Positions 9,718 through 19,257 of a DNA stretch of 64,000 nt are shown here, piece by piece. The stretch's first letter is position 1. Each line of letters starts with the position of its first letter. Location: IMG/VR virus record IMGVR_UViG_3300020048_000007, positions 32,001-96,000 of that record; one strand, 5' to 3'. Under the pieces are notes generated by a model. It saw only the letters and a list, made by a program, of their open reading frames with translations. It was not told where the DNA came from and made no database searches. Origin of the DNA: a virus (lineage: Duplodnaviria > Caudoviricetes). Made by a program: the position numbers and the translations under genes.

Positions 9718-10711
9718 AGACTGCATATATCGCCAGCAAAAAATCGATAAAGACACATACGTATGCAACCACAGAGGCTTCTGCCAAATACAAGACTGCA
9801 TAAACAGCGAACTCCACACACACTACAAAATAATAAAACAAAACATAGCAGCACCCAATAATATAAGCCTAGCAGCAGCGGTCCTAACCAGCAAAAGAAG
9901 AACACCCACCCTAAACAGAACATGCAGATTCCTCAAAGCAGCAGGAATCACAGAAATAGACATATATAACGACTCAGAACGAGAAGAACCACTTGGCATA
10001 TACGGCAACTGGCTTGTGGGTGCAACATCCACTTACATAAAAAGAAGAAAAGACTGGTACCTCATAATCCAAGACGACATATTCATAAGCAACGACACAC
10101 TATCAAGAATATCTAACCTCGACAATACCAAAATATACAGCCTATTCGCCCCGGAAAACATGGCGCCCAAAAACGGACCTGGCTGGTACACCATATCAAG
10201 ATACTACAACGGACCAAACTGCCTGCTAATACCAGCAGCCATACTAGAACAACTTATAACTAGCAAAACCGCACTAAGACACTGCATAGCGAGAAAAAAA
10301 CAACACTCAGCATACGACGACCTAGGAATATTCGAAGAACTAATAGAATCAGAAATACCGATATCATACCACTACCCAAACTTCACCATCCACTGGGCAA
10401 TCAATAGCACGCATAACAAAAAACAATACCACAAAAAAGTGCTGAGTAAAGCAGCGATAGGCACATACATAGCAGACCTTACAGGCATAACGCATACACC
10501 AACAATCAAAAGCACATCAAGATACACACCAGAAGAAATAATAAGCATATACCACGAAAAAGGCAACGTAACCTACCACTGCTCAACAGGAGAAATAAAT
10601 GGAGAATTCACATACGACCCAAAAGCATACTACATAGAGGTAAAAGAAGAAGGCAACAACACAGACCAAGCCATCATGAGCCTAACGGATAGAGTATTTT
10701 GGACCAAATAA
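9668..10711 (+). CDS. Putative GT-A-fold glycosyltransferase
   Basis: LGIYGNW...WYLIIQDDIFIS (hydrophobic strand plus DD metal motif). Located in a glycan-modification cluster. Confidence 0.55.
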   Translation: MEKSENTSHQTLSTANKDCIYRQQKIDKDTYVCNHRGFCQIQDCINSELHTHYKIIKQNIAAPNNISLAAAVLTSKRRTPTLNRTCRFLKAAGITEIDIYNDSEREEPLGIYGNWLVGATSTYIKRRKDWYLIIQDDIFISNDTLSRISNLDNTKIYSLFAPENMAPKNGPGWYTISRYYNGPNCLLIPAAILEQLITSKTALRHCIARKKQHSAYDDLGIFEELIESEIPISYHYPNFTIHWAINSTHNKKQYHKKVLSKAAIGTYIADLTGITHTPTIKSTSRYTPEEIISIYHEKGNVTYHCSTGEINGEFTYDPKAYYIEVKEEGNNTDQAIMSLTDRVFWTK

Positions 10712-11826
10712 CAGCCATACAGCAAAAACTTATAAACTACTCCCATAAATCGGAATACCTACTATATGAACAACCAGACCTAATAAAATCAACGATAAAC
10801 GAGCTCAAAGAAGACTTAATATACTATGCAAAATCACACACCCATGAAGTAGCAGAATACTGTGATAAAACAACACTTAAAAACTGGCAAAACGACTCAG
10901 TAAAATACTTCACAAATTATACTAGTGGTACGACAGGGAAGCCATTCTCATACCGTATATGGAAAGACATTTTTCTTAACATAGAAAAAGATAGCCACTA
11001 CGGGCTCATAAACCGAGAGTTTAAACTACCAAACCATGCTAAAGTCCTATATTTATGCCACAACCTACCCGAGACATCGATTAACCTCATAGACAGTAGA
11101 AAAAGCGATAACGTGATGCTCACGCATGGCTATATGCACACAGTAGACATAGCTCTAAAACACCAACTGTTCTATAACGACATTCACGAGTACATCAAAC
11201 AGATCCATAAGATATGCCAAGAAAAATCATATGATATAATAATGGCCACCAAAGAAATACTTGATCCCATGTGGTGGATGATAGAAAAAAAGAAAATAGA
11301 GCCAAAGCGGCTAGCACCGCTGCTAAGCTGCACAGGTAACTTCACGCCAGTGGATTTAATTAGACAATATCTAGAAGCAGGCATATTCGACAACGCTTGT
11401 GACCATATGAGATGCTGGGACGGCGGAGCATCTTTCTTCACATGCAAAGAAGGCACAAGGCACCTATGCGACAACCTATCACACTGCCAAGTCACACATG
11501 ATTACAAGCTCTTATCAGATGATTACTTTAGCCTACCAAACCCATTCATAAATTACTGGAACGGTGATCATGCACAGTTAATTGACAGCTACGAGAAGTG
11601 CAAATGCGGACGATATTTCAGACCATTTAGGGTGTTTTTAACCGAAGACGCAGGCATAGGATGGTTTCTTAACGAGTTTCCGGATAAATCAATCATCAAA
11701 AGGATTTTAACAAATGGACGCTATCTTAGAGTAGTTATTATCAAACCGCTTGCCAACGAGACTTTCAAACGGCTAGTCAAGGCCGCTTATCCGAGACACT
11801 TAGATATCGTGGTGGAGGAACCTTGA
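10699..11826 (+). CDS. CapK / phenylacetate-CoA-ligase-like adenylate-forming enzyme
   Basis: AMP-binding loop YTSGTTGKP. Also CWDGGASFFTC, PFINYWNGD and CKCGR, matching the PaaK/CapK pattern RY-x-TGD...C-x-CGR. Confidence 0.7.
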   Translation: MDQITAIQQKLINYSHKSEYLLYEQPDLIKSTINELKEDLIYYAKSHTHEVAEYCDKTTLKNWQNDSVKYFTNYTSGTTGKPFSYRIWKDIFLNIEKDSHYGLINREFKLPNHAKVLYLCHNLPETSINLIDSRKSDNVMLTHGYMHTVDIALKHQLFYNDIHEYIKQIHKICQEKSYDIIMATKEILDPMWWMIEKKKIEPKRLAPLLSCTGNFTPVDLIRQYLEAGIFDNACDHMRCWDGGASFFTCKEGTRHLCDNLSHCQVTHDYKLLSDDYFSLPNPFINYWNGDHAQLIDSYEKCKCGRYFRPFRVFLTEDAGIGWFLNEFPDKSIIKRILTNGRYLRVVIIKPLANETFKRLVKAAYPRHLDIVVEEP

Positions 11827-12629
11827 AAGAATTATTGGAATTCACCAAGAAGCTATATGAATTGTCAGACATAAGCAAAGAGATAGCTCAGTTACTTGAA
11901 AAAATCAATCACAAGATACCGCTTCAAGACCCAGCACCAATAAAGATAACCGATGATAAACCAGTAGGTCTCATCGACATACTCGAATGGCCAGCTGCAG
12001 ATAAAGACGCTGTGGAGTACGAGTCCAGCCCATTCTTAAAAGAATTGCTGGAACTTAATGATGGCCCCATTCTGGAACTGATTCCGGATACGCACCAATC
12101 ATTACTGACACACAAGCTTAACAGAACCTACGATTGTATTACCTCAGAGAACCATCCAGGTGACATAGTTAGGCTTTTGAACTGGCCCGATAAAACATAC
12201 GACCTCATAATATTAAACCATTACCTTGAGTTAAATGAATCGCCTATAGAAATATTAAAAAATTGTAAAAAACATCTAAATGAAAAAGGTAAACTATACA
12301 TCATCATACGACCTTGGACGTCCAGCAACGGTGGGTATCAATCAGACTATATGAATAAAGCGTTTCTACACTTATGCTATGATTTAACTCACAATGAAGA
12401 CATAAAGAATAAATTTAAAGATCCACGGGCTGACATCCAGTATCTAAGTGAATCGGCTGGCCTAAATGTCCTTAACAAAAACTTCCATACACTGCCACTA
12501 CCAGACTACATCACCAAAAACGACTCTATATTAAACAGAATAATCAGCAGAACATGGGGCAATATCAGGACAAGGAACGCCTTGTCCATACTAGAAATCG
12601 TTGGTATGGAGGTAGTACTAGGACGATGA
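11823..12629 (+). CDS. Class I SAM-dependent methyltransferase-like protein
   Basis: DKTYDLIILNHYLE...LKNCKKHLNEKGKLYI (motif II/III pattern). Motif I is degenerate. Confidence 0.6.
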   Translation: MKELLEFTKKLYELSDISKEIAQLLEKINHKIPLQDPAPIKITDDKPVGLIDILEWPAADKDAVEYESSPFLKELLELNDGPILELIPDTHQSLLTHKLNRTYDCITSENHPGDIVRLLNWPDKTYDLIILNHYLELNESPIEILKNCKKHLNEKGKLYIIIRPWTSSNGGYQSDYMNKAFLHLCYDLTHNEDIKNKFKDPRADIQYLSESAGLNVLNKNFHTLPLPDYITKNDSILNRIISRTWGNIRTRNALSILEIVGMEVVLGR

Positions 12630-13198
12630 AAATTGACTTGTCGATAATAACATCCACTAGCAGACCAGCCAGTTATCGATCATTCATTTACCAGATGACT
12701 ACGCAGCTTTACAAAGGCATTAATGTAGAGCATATAATAGTGCAGGAAGGATCTAAATTTGACGACTTCTACTCTGCAAATATGTTAAACCTTATATTAA
12801 AAAGACAGCCTCTGCATAATGACTACGGCGCGGCAGCAAAAGACGCTGGCTTATCGATGGCTAATGGCGAGTACGTTTGCTTTTTTGATGATGATAACAT
12901 ATACTATCCTAACGCCGTAAGCACAGTCTATTCGACGGTATTGGGCCACGACATAGGAATTTGCAGAGTCCATTATAAGGATAGTATTATTCCACCACGC
13001 ATCATACGCCCGGGATCGGAAGGAGTCATAGAATCTGGTAAGATAGATTCTATGTGCTTTGCAATTAAAACAGATTTGGCTAAACAATTTAAATGGGCAG
13101 GTGGTGGTAGATTCAGTGATATAAGGTATCTAGAAAAAGTGAAACTTCTCTCATGCGATATTCGATTTAATAATCTTATTATAGGTGAGCATCTTTAG
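12626..13198 (+). CDS. Glycosyltransferase family 2
   Basis: Start at 12626 by ATGA overlap. DLSIITST...KDAGLSMANGEYVCFFDDDNIY is a GT2 signature. Confidence 0.85.
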   Translation: MKIDLSIITSTSRPASYRSFIYQMTTQLYKGINVEHIIVQEGSKFDDFYSANMLNLILKRQPLHNDYGAAAKDAGLSMANGEYVCFFDDDNIYYPNAVSTVYSTVLGHDIGICRVHYKDSIIPPRIIRPGSEGVIESGKIDSMCFAIKTDLAKQFKWAGGGRFSDIRYLEKVKLLSCDIRFNNLIIGEHL

Positions 13199-14373
13199 GT
13201 TTCTGGGTTTAATCCCGGCACGTCTTTTTCAAAGCCGATTACATATTTCTTATTGATTATACGCTTGTAGGCATTATTACCGGCTCTCATTTCTGGTAAT
13301 ATATGAACCGTTCGCTTATTTTGAACGTCAGCCATAGCTGCGTGTATGGCGTAAAAGGCTGATTTATTTCTCTTGCTAGTGGCCATTTCGCAGGTGGCTT
13401 GAGCCATAGCTATCATACACTCGGGCATCCCGGTACGTTCTGTGGCGTAACACGCAGCCATGGCCGAGGTTATAGCGAATGGGTTTCCAGCACAGTCTTC
13501 AAAAGCCGATATCAGCATTCTCCTGCATATGTATGCTGGATCTTCTCCGCTGTTGAGCCAGGCGGCTAGCCAATATATGGCACCATCAGCATCTGAATCC
13601 TGTATGGCGTCTTGGTAGCAGTGAGCCATATTGAAATGTTCGTTACCGGATTTGTCGAACACAACGTGCTTGCTAGGAAAAACCATGTCGACTATTTCTT
13701 CTGTTATTTCATTGTCATCCATCATTATGACCGCTGCTTCCACTGCTGTCACAAGCTTTCTAGCATCACCAGAGCATCTGTTGATGAGTTTAGCAGCAGC
13801 TGCCTTGTTGTATCGTATTATTATATCGTGAGCCTTGTAGTATTCTTTTATTCGGCATAGTAACTTTACCAGATGCTCATTATTTAGGGGCTTTGTCTCT
13901 AATACAAGACTTCTGGATAGGATCGTACTGTTGACTGAGAATTTTGGGTTCTCCGTGGTAGCACCAAAGAGTGTCAAGACCCCTTCTTCTATTACAGGCA
14001 GAAAGGCGTCTTTGACTGATTTGTTAAGCCTGTGTATTTCGTCGACGAATAGGACAGTCTGCTGTGTGTTGTCTGAGGCGGCTTCGTCGATTATTGTTCT
14101 TATTTCTTTTATACTCGTATCTGTAGCATTTATGTTTCGAAAATTCGCGTCTATTTCTCTCGATAGGGCCATGGCAAGGGTAGTCTTGCCGGTTCCCGGT
14201 GGTCCCCATAGAATAGTATTCATAACCCTTTTCTTCAGGGCCATCCTATGGATTGGTCTATTTTCTTCTAATAAGTGCTCCTGCCCTATTATGTCTGCTA
14301 GCTTTGTTGGCCTGAGTATAGCTGCGAGCGGGGGGTATTTAGGCTGCCCTTGGGCCTTTCTGGTCGGTCTCAT
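13195..14373 (-). CDS. rarA: Replication-associated recombination protein A (AAA+ ATPase, RarA/MgsA)
   Basis: LRPTKLADIIGQEHLL, Walker A GPPGTGKTT, Walker B LFVDEIHRLNK, GATTENP, SGDAR, GEDPAYICRRMLISAFED. C-terminus is shorter than usual. Confidence 0.92.
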   Translation of the reverse strand: MRPTRKAQGQPKYPPLAAILRPTKLADIIGQEHLLEENRPIHRMALKKRVMNTILWGPPGTGKTTLAMALSREIDANFRNINATDTSIKEIRTIIDEAASDNTQQTVLFVDEIHRLNKSVKDAFLPVIEEGVLTLFGATTENPKFSVNSTILSRSLVLETKPLNNEHLVKLLCRIKEYYKAHDIIIRYNKAAAAKLINRCSGDARKLVTAVEAAVIMMDDNEITEEIVDMVFPSKHVVFDKSGNEHFNMAHCYQDAIQDSDADGAIYWLAAWLNSGEDPAYICRRMLISAFEDCAGNPFAITSAMAACYATERTGMPECMIAMAQATCEMATSKRNKSAFYAIHAAMADVQNKRTVHILPEMRAGNNAYKRIINKKYVIGFEKDVPGLNPET

Positions 14374-14423
14374 ACTTCTAAAATACTGGCTAGCTAATTA
14401 TGCTTTTAGCGGGACTTAGCCAT

Positions 14424-14777
14424 TTAGATCAGGTCAAAGTTAGGCAATTCTTCTTTTTTAGCAGTCCGTAAGCCATCGCAGATTTTTTCTGCGATTTTCT
14501 TCGCCTCTTCGTTATTCAGCAATGTGCCTCTTTTTAGTGCTGCTAATTTGACTGCTCTTTTTGTGGACGTCATTAGCGGCCTGCTGTAGCCTTGTGCGCC
14601 ATAGTAATTCTTGGACAGCATTTCTTGGCCTTCTTCTGGGTCTTTGGCTCCAGAGCACCCCTGTAATAGTTGGATGGCGCTGGTGATTATCGAAATTATT
14701 GTAAGGATCGGGATAAATTCATATTCCGCTTGCACTTCTTCGCCGATTTCATGCACTACTTTATTGTCAGTTACCAT
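14424..14777 (-). CDS. Hypothetical protein
   Basis: 117-aa ORF coupled to the upstream stop, with a short hydrophobic segment. Confidence 0.6.
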   Translation of the reverse strand: MVTDNKVVHEIGEEVQAEYEFIPILTIISIITSAIQLLQGCSGAKDPEEGQEMLSKNYYGAQGYSRPLMTSTKRAVKLAALKRGTLLNNEEAKKIAEKICDGLRTAKKEELPNFDLI

Positions 14778-15256
14778 GGTAATTTCTTTCCTCCGTCGTA
14801 CGGTTTGGCTAATTCTAGATTCATCAGAGTCGTCTGAACATTAACACCATCGGCTATCACGATTGCATTAATTCTGAAGTATTTATCTCTCTTCAGTTCA
14901 GTTAGCTCTATCTTCTTGGCATCATGGAGAATCTGCTTTAATACTTCGCGTGCTTTAATAGCTAGGGTTTTGACTTCTGGACGTTTGTCCGTTATTTCTG
15001 GTGTGTCTACATGGCTTAATCTTACTAATATGTTTTCCCCTATTATGGCCGGGAATACTGGAACGTCGACGATTATCGTGTCCCCGTCATGGACTCTAAC
15101 CAGTATTACTTCATATGTGCCTGGATATATCTTTCTTGCTTTTTGTGATTCGAATATAGCAGCATTGTTTGGTACTCCTGGCTGGTTTCGGAATATTAAG
15201 CCAGCAACAAGTATAAGAGTAATTATCTTGTATCGTTCTAACATGATCATAATCAT
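14771..15256 (-). CDS. Thermonuclease (SNase-like) with N-terminal hydrophobic segment
   Basis: VRVHDGDTI, VRLSHVDTPEI, DKYFRINA, LAKPYDGG. Start moved to ATG 15256 (alternative 15244). Confidence 0.88.
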   Translation of the reverse strand: MIMIMLERYKIITLILVAGLIFRNQPGVPNNAAIFESQKARKIYPGTYEVILVRVHDGDTIIVDVPVFPAIIGENILVRLSHVDTPEITDKRPEVKTLAIKAREVLKQILHDAKKIELTELKRDKYFRINAIVIADGVNVQTTLMNLELAKPYDGGKKLPW

Positions 15257-15268
15257 TTCTAGACCTCG

Positions 15269-15730
15269 GTGAGAACTATGACACAAGACTCTGTGCTCTT
15301 CCCTAAGAAAGAGACTTCTAAAGAAAAGTTTGTATGGCGGGCAACATATGAAGACGGCACGATCGTAAAACAAAAGGAAGATGGCAAAGAAACGTCTTCC
15401 GACAAATTGGATAGAAAAGGTTTACGAAAATTCGAAATATTCGAAGAGACAGTCCACGGGGACATGACATTATTAAAACTGCAATTAATTCCCGGCGATA
15501 AATTCGCGTTCAGGCGCAGAATGGCTATTAAGGCTTCTTTTGGGTTACTCGCTAGGTATTATGGGGCTGGTATCACACGAGATGGGCATGTTTCGATCCT
15601 ATGGTTAGATGAAGATACCAAGTCTGTCGAACTTACTCGTCATATCGATGGTCGTAATGATGATACCACAGATGAGTATTGGAAACACAATTTCGCCTTT
15701 GCCGAAAATGACGATGTAGAAATATCTTAA
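15269..15730 (+). CDS. Hypothetical protein
   Basis: 153-aa ORF; probable start is ATG 15278. Confidence 0.7.
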   Translation: MRTMTQDSVLFPKKETSKEKFVWRATYEDGTIVKQKEDGKETSSDKLDRKGLRKFEIFEETVHGDMTLLKLQLIPGDKFAFRRRMAIKASFGLLARYYGAGITRDGHVSILWLDEDTKSVELTRHIDGRNDDTTDEYWKHNFAFAENDDVEIS

Positions 15731-15740
15731 GAGGATACTG

Positions 15741-15983
15741 ATGTCTACAGATGAAATATCAGACTACATCCGCACGCAGATTTTCGCTGCGTGCGGAAGA
15801 CCTAAAAACTTTAGCATGATGAAACTGACAAAAGTATCTGACCACTGTTATAGAGTTAACCTATATGTCAAAGACCCAGGAACAATAATGGATATACAGA
15901 AAATAGAAGACAGCTATTTCATCACCATAGACGATGATAATAATATAGTAGACAGCGAACCACCATTAACGCGGCATCTTTAA
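15741..15983 (+). CDS. Hypothetical protein
   Basis: 80-aa ORF with a GAGGA RBS. Confidence 0.65.
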   Translation: MSTDEISDYIRTQIFAACGRPKNFSMMKLTKVSDHCYRVNLYVKDPGTIMDIQKIEDSYFITIDDDNNIVDSEPPLTRHL

Positions 15984-17909
15984 AATCTTCTCTGTGTTTT
16001 TCCAAATCTTCGGAGGCGGGGACTTCTTCTTAACCTCGCCAAAGTTCATTACTTCAGGAATTGTTGCTGGAGCCGGTGCATCTTGAATGGCACGCTGAAT
16101 AACAATTGGAGCGGGCTCTGAAGTTTTTGATTCCGGACCGCGCTTAACGCGAATCGGTGATATGTTAACATTACTGAATATCTGTCTGGGCTTAGGAGGC
16201 TCGATGACCACTGGCTGTAATAGCGGTGCGACACCCGGTGCAGCTAAATCCTGTGCATCAAAACCCGGTGATGCAGAGTGGTCAATGTTGTCTAAGCAAG
16301 CACCCCATATCGCCCTTATGTCTGGCGAGATGTTGTCTCCTACACGGGCTATGATATCGACCTTTGAGCAAGTATTTCTATAATCGACTTGGTGATTATT
16401 AAGTAGCGTGTCTTTCGCAGCAATGTCTAATATACCCCAGCCATTCTTCCTAAGAACTATCCTATTAGTGTGTGTAGCATTTGGCCGCTGTAGATCTACC
16501 GCTAATGGGATAAACTTACCTACAGACTCGGAGCGAAAGGCTTTGAAGACGTTTCTTACTACAGCTTCATTAAATCTCAGGAGCAATGCGGTGGCGTAAT
16601 GAACTGCTGTCTGTGACTTTTTACCAAGCGATGATTGGACACTGTGATCGGCTGCGAATGCTCCTAATATTACACTATTATTATAATGTTCCCGTGAATT
16701 TGGCCGATCGCCCGTAAGTCTTGTGAATGCTGTATGACCTATACTATTGGTTGCAACAAGCTTAAAGCTTAGTATCTGGGAAAGATCATACGAATTTCTT
16801 ACCAAGCCGCCTGTGTCATGTGCTCTCAGTGAGGTCGAAATTTTTAGTCCGCTGGTATTGTGCTGCTTTAGCGGTGTTATAGTCTGGGTTGTCTGTGTCG
16901 TATGGGACAGATTAAAGGTCTGTCGTACGAGACCATCAACCAGATGGGGTCGCAATCCGACTGCACTAAGCCCAGCATCGACATAATGGTAATTCGCTAT
17001 ATTAGCAATCTTTAGTGCGTCAGTATTGGCCGAATTTAAAGGCGTGGCTTTTAGTAAAGAGGCAGATGCGTGGCTTTGAAATAGCTGCTGTTGCAACAGA
17101 TTATTAGTATAGTGATACCTGTTGTTCGCTGCCATCCTGTAAATTAAAACGTTTTGTGATACGCTAAAGAAAGTGTTTAAATTCGCTAAAGTCGCATGCG
17201 ATATAAATCTCACAGATTCTAGCAAAGCGTTAGTATTCAAGCTCTCAGCTATCGTTGCCGTCAGACTACTCTCGGTAATTATAGATCTGTTAAAGCTATC
17301 AAGGAGTAGACCATCAGTATTATGTAATATAGTCTCAACCGATATAAGTGCGGCTATGGTCTGGTGTGATATGGTGACACCTGCTGCACCTATGAAAGCA
17401 ATGGTTTGATGAGTCCTAGTTATAGCCGACTTAAGTAATGAATTAGTAAGATGAGTATCAGTAAATCCAGCTATTAATAATGATCTGGCTTGATGGGAAT
17501 CACTGAATGCCGCTTGAAGTAATGAGTCAGTTAGATGGGTATCAGAGAATCCAGCTCTTAAAACTGACCTAGCCAGATGGGTATTTGTAAGCCCCGCCTT
17601 TAGTAAAGAATTAGCTAAGTGAGTTACAGTTAAACCCGCACCTAGAAGTAAAGAATTAGTAAGATGGGTATCAGAAAATCCCGCACTTAATACTGACCTA
17701 GCCTGATGAGTATTGGTAAGCCCCGCTCTAAGAACTGCCCTTGTCTGGTGGACATCAATTAGACCGGCAATTAAAAACGAAGATGCGTTATGTTGCCTAC
17801 TATCGGTCAATCGAATTAAAGTCTGAGTTAAATGTGTATTAGCGAACGTTCTAACAGCGCCGGACAATGCGGCTAACGGAGCATCAGATATTGGTCCAAA
17901 ACCTAGCAT
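15966..17909 (-). CDS. Putative virion structural protein with His-periodic ~14-aa repeats
   Basis: N-terminus MLGFGPISDAPLAAL (a leader I recognise from phage structural proteins), followed by TH-x-x-x-S-x-L-x-AG-x-x-x repeats. Confidence 0.65.
   Translation of the reverse strand: MLGFGPISDAPLAALSGAVRTFANTHLTQTLIRLTDSRQHNASSFLIAGLIDVHQTRAVLRAGLTNTHQARSVLSAGFSDTHLTNSLLLGAGLTVTHLANSLLKAGLTNTHLARSVLRAGFSDTHLTDSLLQAAFSDSHQARSLLIAGFTDTHLTNSLLKSAITRTHQTIAFIGAAGVTISHQTIAALISVETILHNTDGLLLDSFNRSIITESSLTATIAESLNTNALLESVRFISHATLANLNTFFSVSQNVLIYRMAANNRYHYTNNLLQQQLFQSHASASLLKATPLNSANTDALKIANIANYHYVDAGLSAVGLRPHLVDGLVRQTFNLSHTTQTTQTITPLKQHNTSGLKISTSLRAHDTGGLVRNSYDLSQILSFKLVATNSIGHTAFTRLTGDRPNSREHYNNSVILGAFAADHSVQSSLGKKSQTAVHYATALLLRFNEAVVRNVFKAFRSESVGKFIPLAVDLQRPNATHTNRIVLRKNGWGILDIAAKDTLLNNHQVDYRNTCSKVDIIARVGDNISPDIRAIWGACLDNIDHSASPGFDAQDLAAPGVAPLLQPVVIEPPKPRQIFSNVNISPIRVKRGPESKTSEPAPIVIQRAIQDAPAPATIPEVMNFGEVKKKSPPPKIWKNTEKILKMPR
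17380..17830 (-). repeat. Degenerate ~42-bp coding repeat (THLTNSLLKAGLTN-like)
   Basis: About 10 recognisable units. DNA segments such as agatgggtatcaga and gtaagccccgc recur. Boundaries are approximate. Confidence 0.8.
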
Positions 17910-17940
17910 GCTTCACACTCTTTAAAAGACATAAGGTCTC

Positions 17941-19257
17941 TTAAATATATTCCACCAAAGCAGAACTAGAAGCATCATAAATTGTAGGAGCAATGAAGAC
18001 TTCACCCGCGATATCAGATCCTACTACATCACCTAAACCTGTATAAGGCTTACCCTTAACCAACACCTCAGGTCTCAAAACAGTAATCATCTCCAACGGC
18101 GTTTCCTCATCAAACGGAACGACAAGATCCACAAAATCCAAAGACCTAAGCATCTCCAACCTCCACTCCAAACAATTAACCGGTCGCCCATCACCCTTCA
18201 ATCGTCTTACACTCTCATCAGAATTCACACCGACTACAAGCTTATCGCCTTTTGACTTGGCAAACCTCAAATAGTCAACATGCCCAGCATGAAGAATATC
18301 AAAACAACCATTTGTAAACACTAACTTAAAATCTCGGTCACGCAAAACAGACGGATCATGTATTATTTTGTCAATCACAAAATCATATAGCCTTAAAGGT
18401 TTAATACTCGATCTCTGAACGTACAGACTGGATGCATAAGTCGCTAACTTAGCTGAATCATGAATACCAAACCCTAATAAGACACTATACCCAAAAAAAG
18501 CTAAAAAACAATCGCCAGCGCCAATTATATTTCGCTTAACGACTGGTTCTTGCGGTACTTTAAATAGAATACCATCATCTAACCCAGCCACGCCTTTTTC
18601 GGCCATAGTTATAATAATATTTCTGCAATCAGTGGCCTTGCTGATAACATCAAGCTGCTTTAACAAATCATCAGATCCTGACGCTTCCCTAGCTTCCTTA
18701 GCGTTTAACTTTAAGGCAAAGCAACCACGCCACCGATGAATGTCATTAGGCTTAATATCCACTATCGCATTGCTAAGATGATCTTTAAACCAATCGGCTT
18801 TAAAGAACCCCTTATTATAATCTGAGAACAGATTAACATCGGCTGTAGGAAGCCGTATGAGGCTATCATCAATTTTGGCACCGTGTTCTTCCCGGTCTAT
18901 TCTAAAGATAAACTCACTACCATTATAATACCGCCTTTTTATTGGAGTTAGCGGACTATTAACACAGTTGCTTGTGTCTATCTTGTTCTCTGTATACACA
19001 GAAAATGCCTGGTGAGAAAGAGCACCTACCAAATGTGATTTCAAAGGCAAGTTTTCGAACTGGTACGCCACATTACCAGCGCCACCAGGCATGGATGTGA
19101 CACTTTTTTCTAAAAATGCTGGAAATACAGATTCTGGATTGAATTTTGGTTCTACTTGAATATACTCATCTATCAAACAATCGCCAGCTATATTAATGAC
19201 CTTAGTATTACACAAAGCTCTGGAAATGAAATCATTGGCCAATGTTGAACTTATCAT
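17941..19257 (-). CDS. hldE: Bifunctional heptose-7-phosphate kinase / heptose-1-phosphate nucleotidyltransferase (HldE/RfaE)
   Basis: PfkB-type kinase half (GDCLIDEY, PGGAGNVA, IGAGDCF) fused to a cytidylyltransferase-like half (VFTNGCFDILHAGHVDYL, VVGVNSDESVRRLKG-x-x-RP). Confidence 0.92.
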   Translation of the reverse strand: MISSTLANDFISRALCNTKVINIAGDCLIDEYIQVEPKFNPESVFPAFLEKSVTSMPGGAGNVAYQFENLPLKSHLVGALSHQAFSVYTENKIDTSNCVNSPLTPIKRRYYNGSEFIFRIDREEHGAKIDDSLIRLPTADVNLFSDYNKGFFKADWFKDHLSNAIVDIKPNDIHRWRGCFALKLNAKEAREASGSDDLLKQLDVISKATDCRNIIITMAEKGVAGLDDGILFKVPQEPVVKRNIIGAGDCFLAFFGYSVLLGFGIHDSAKLATYASSLYVQRSSIKPLRLYDFVIDKIIHDPSVLRDRDFKLVFTNGCFDILHAGHVDYLRFAKSKGDKLVVGVNSDESVRRLKGDGRPVNCLEWRLEMLRSLDFVDLVVPFDEETPLEMITVLRPEVLVKGKPYTGLGDVVGSDIAGEVFIAPTIYDASSSALVEYI

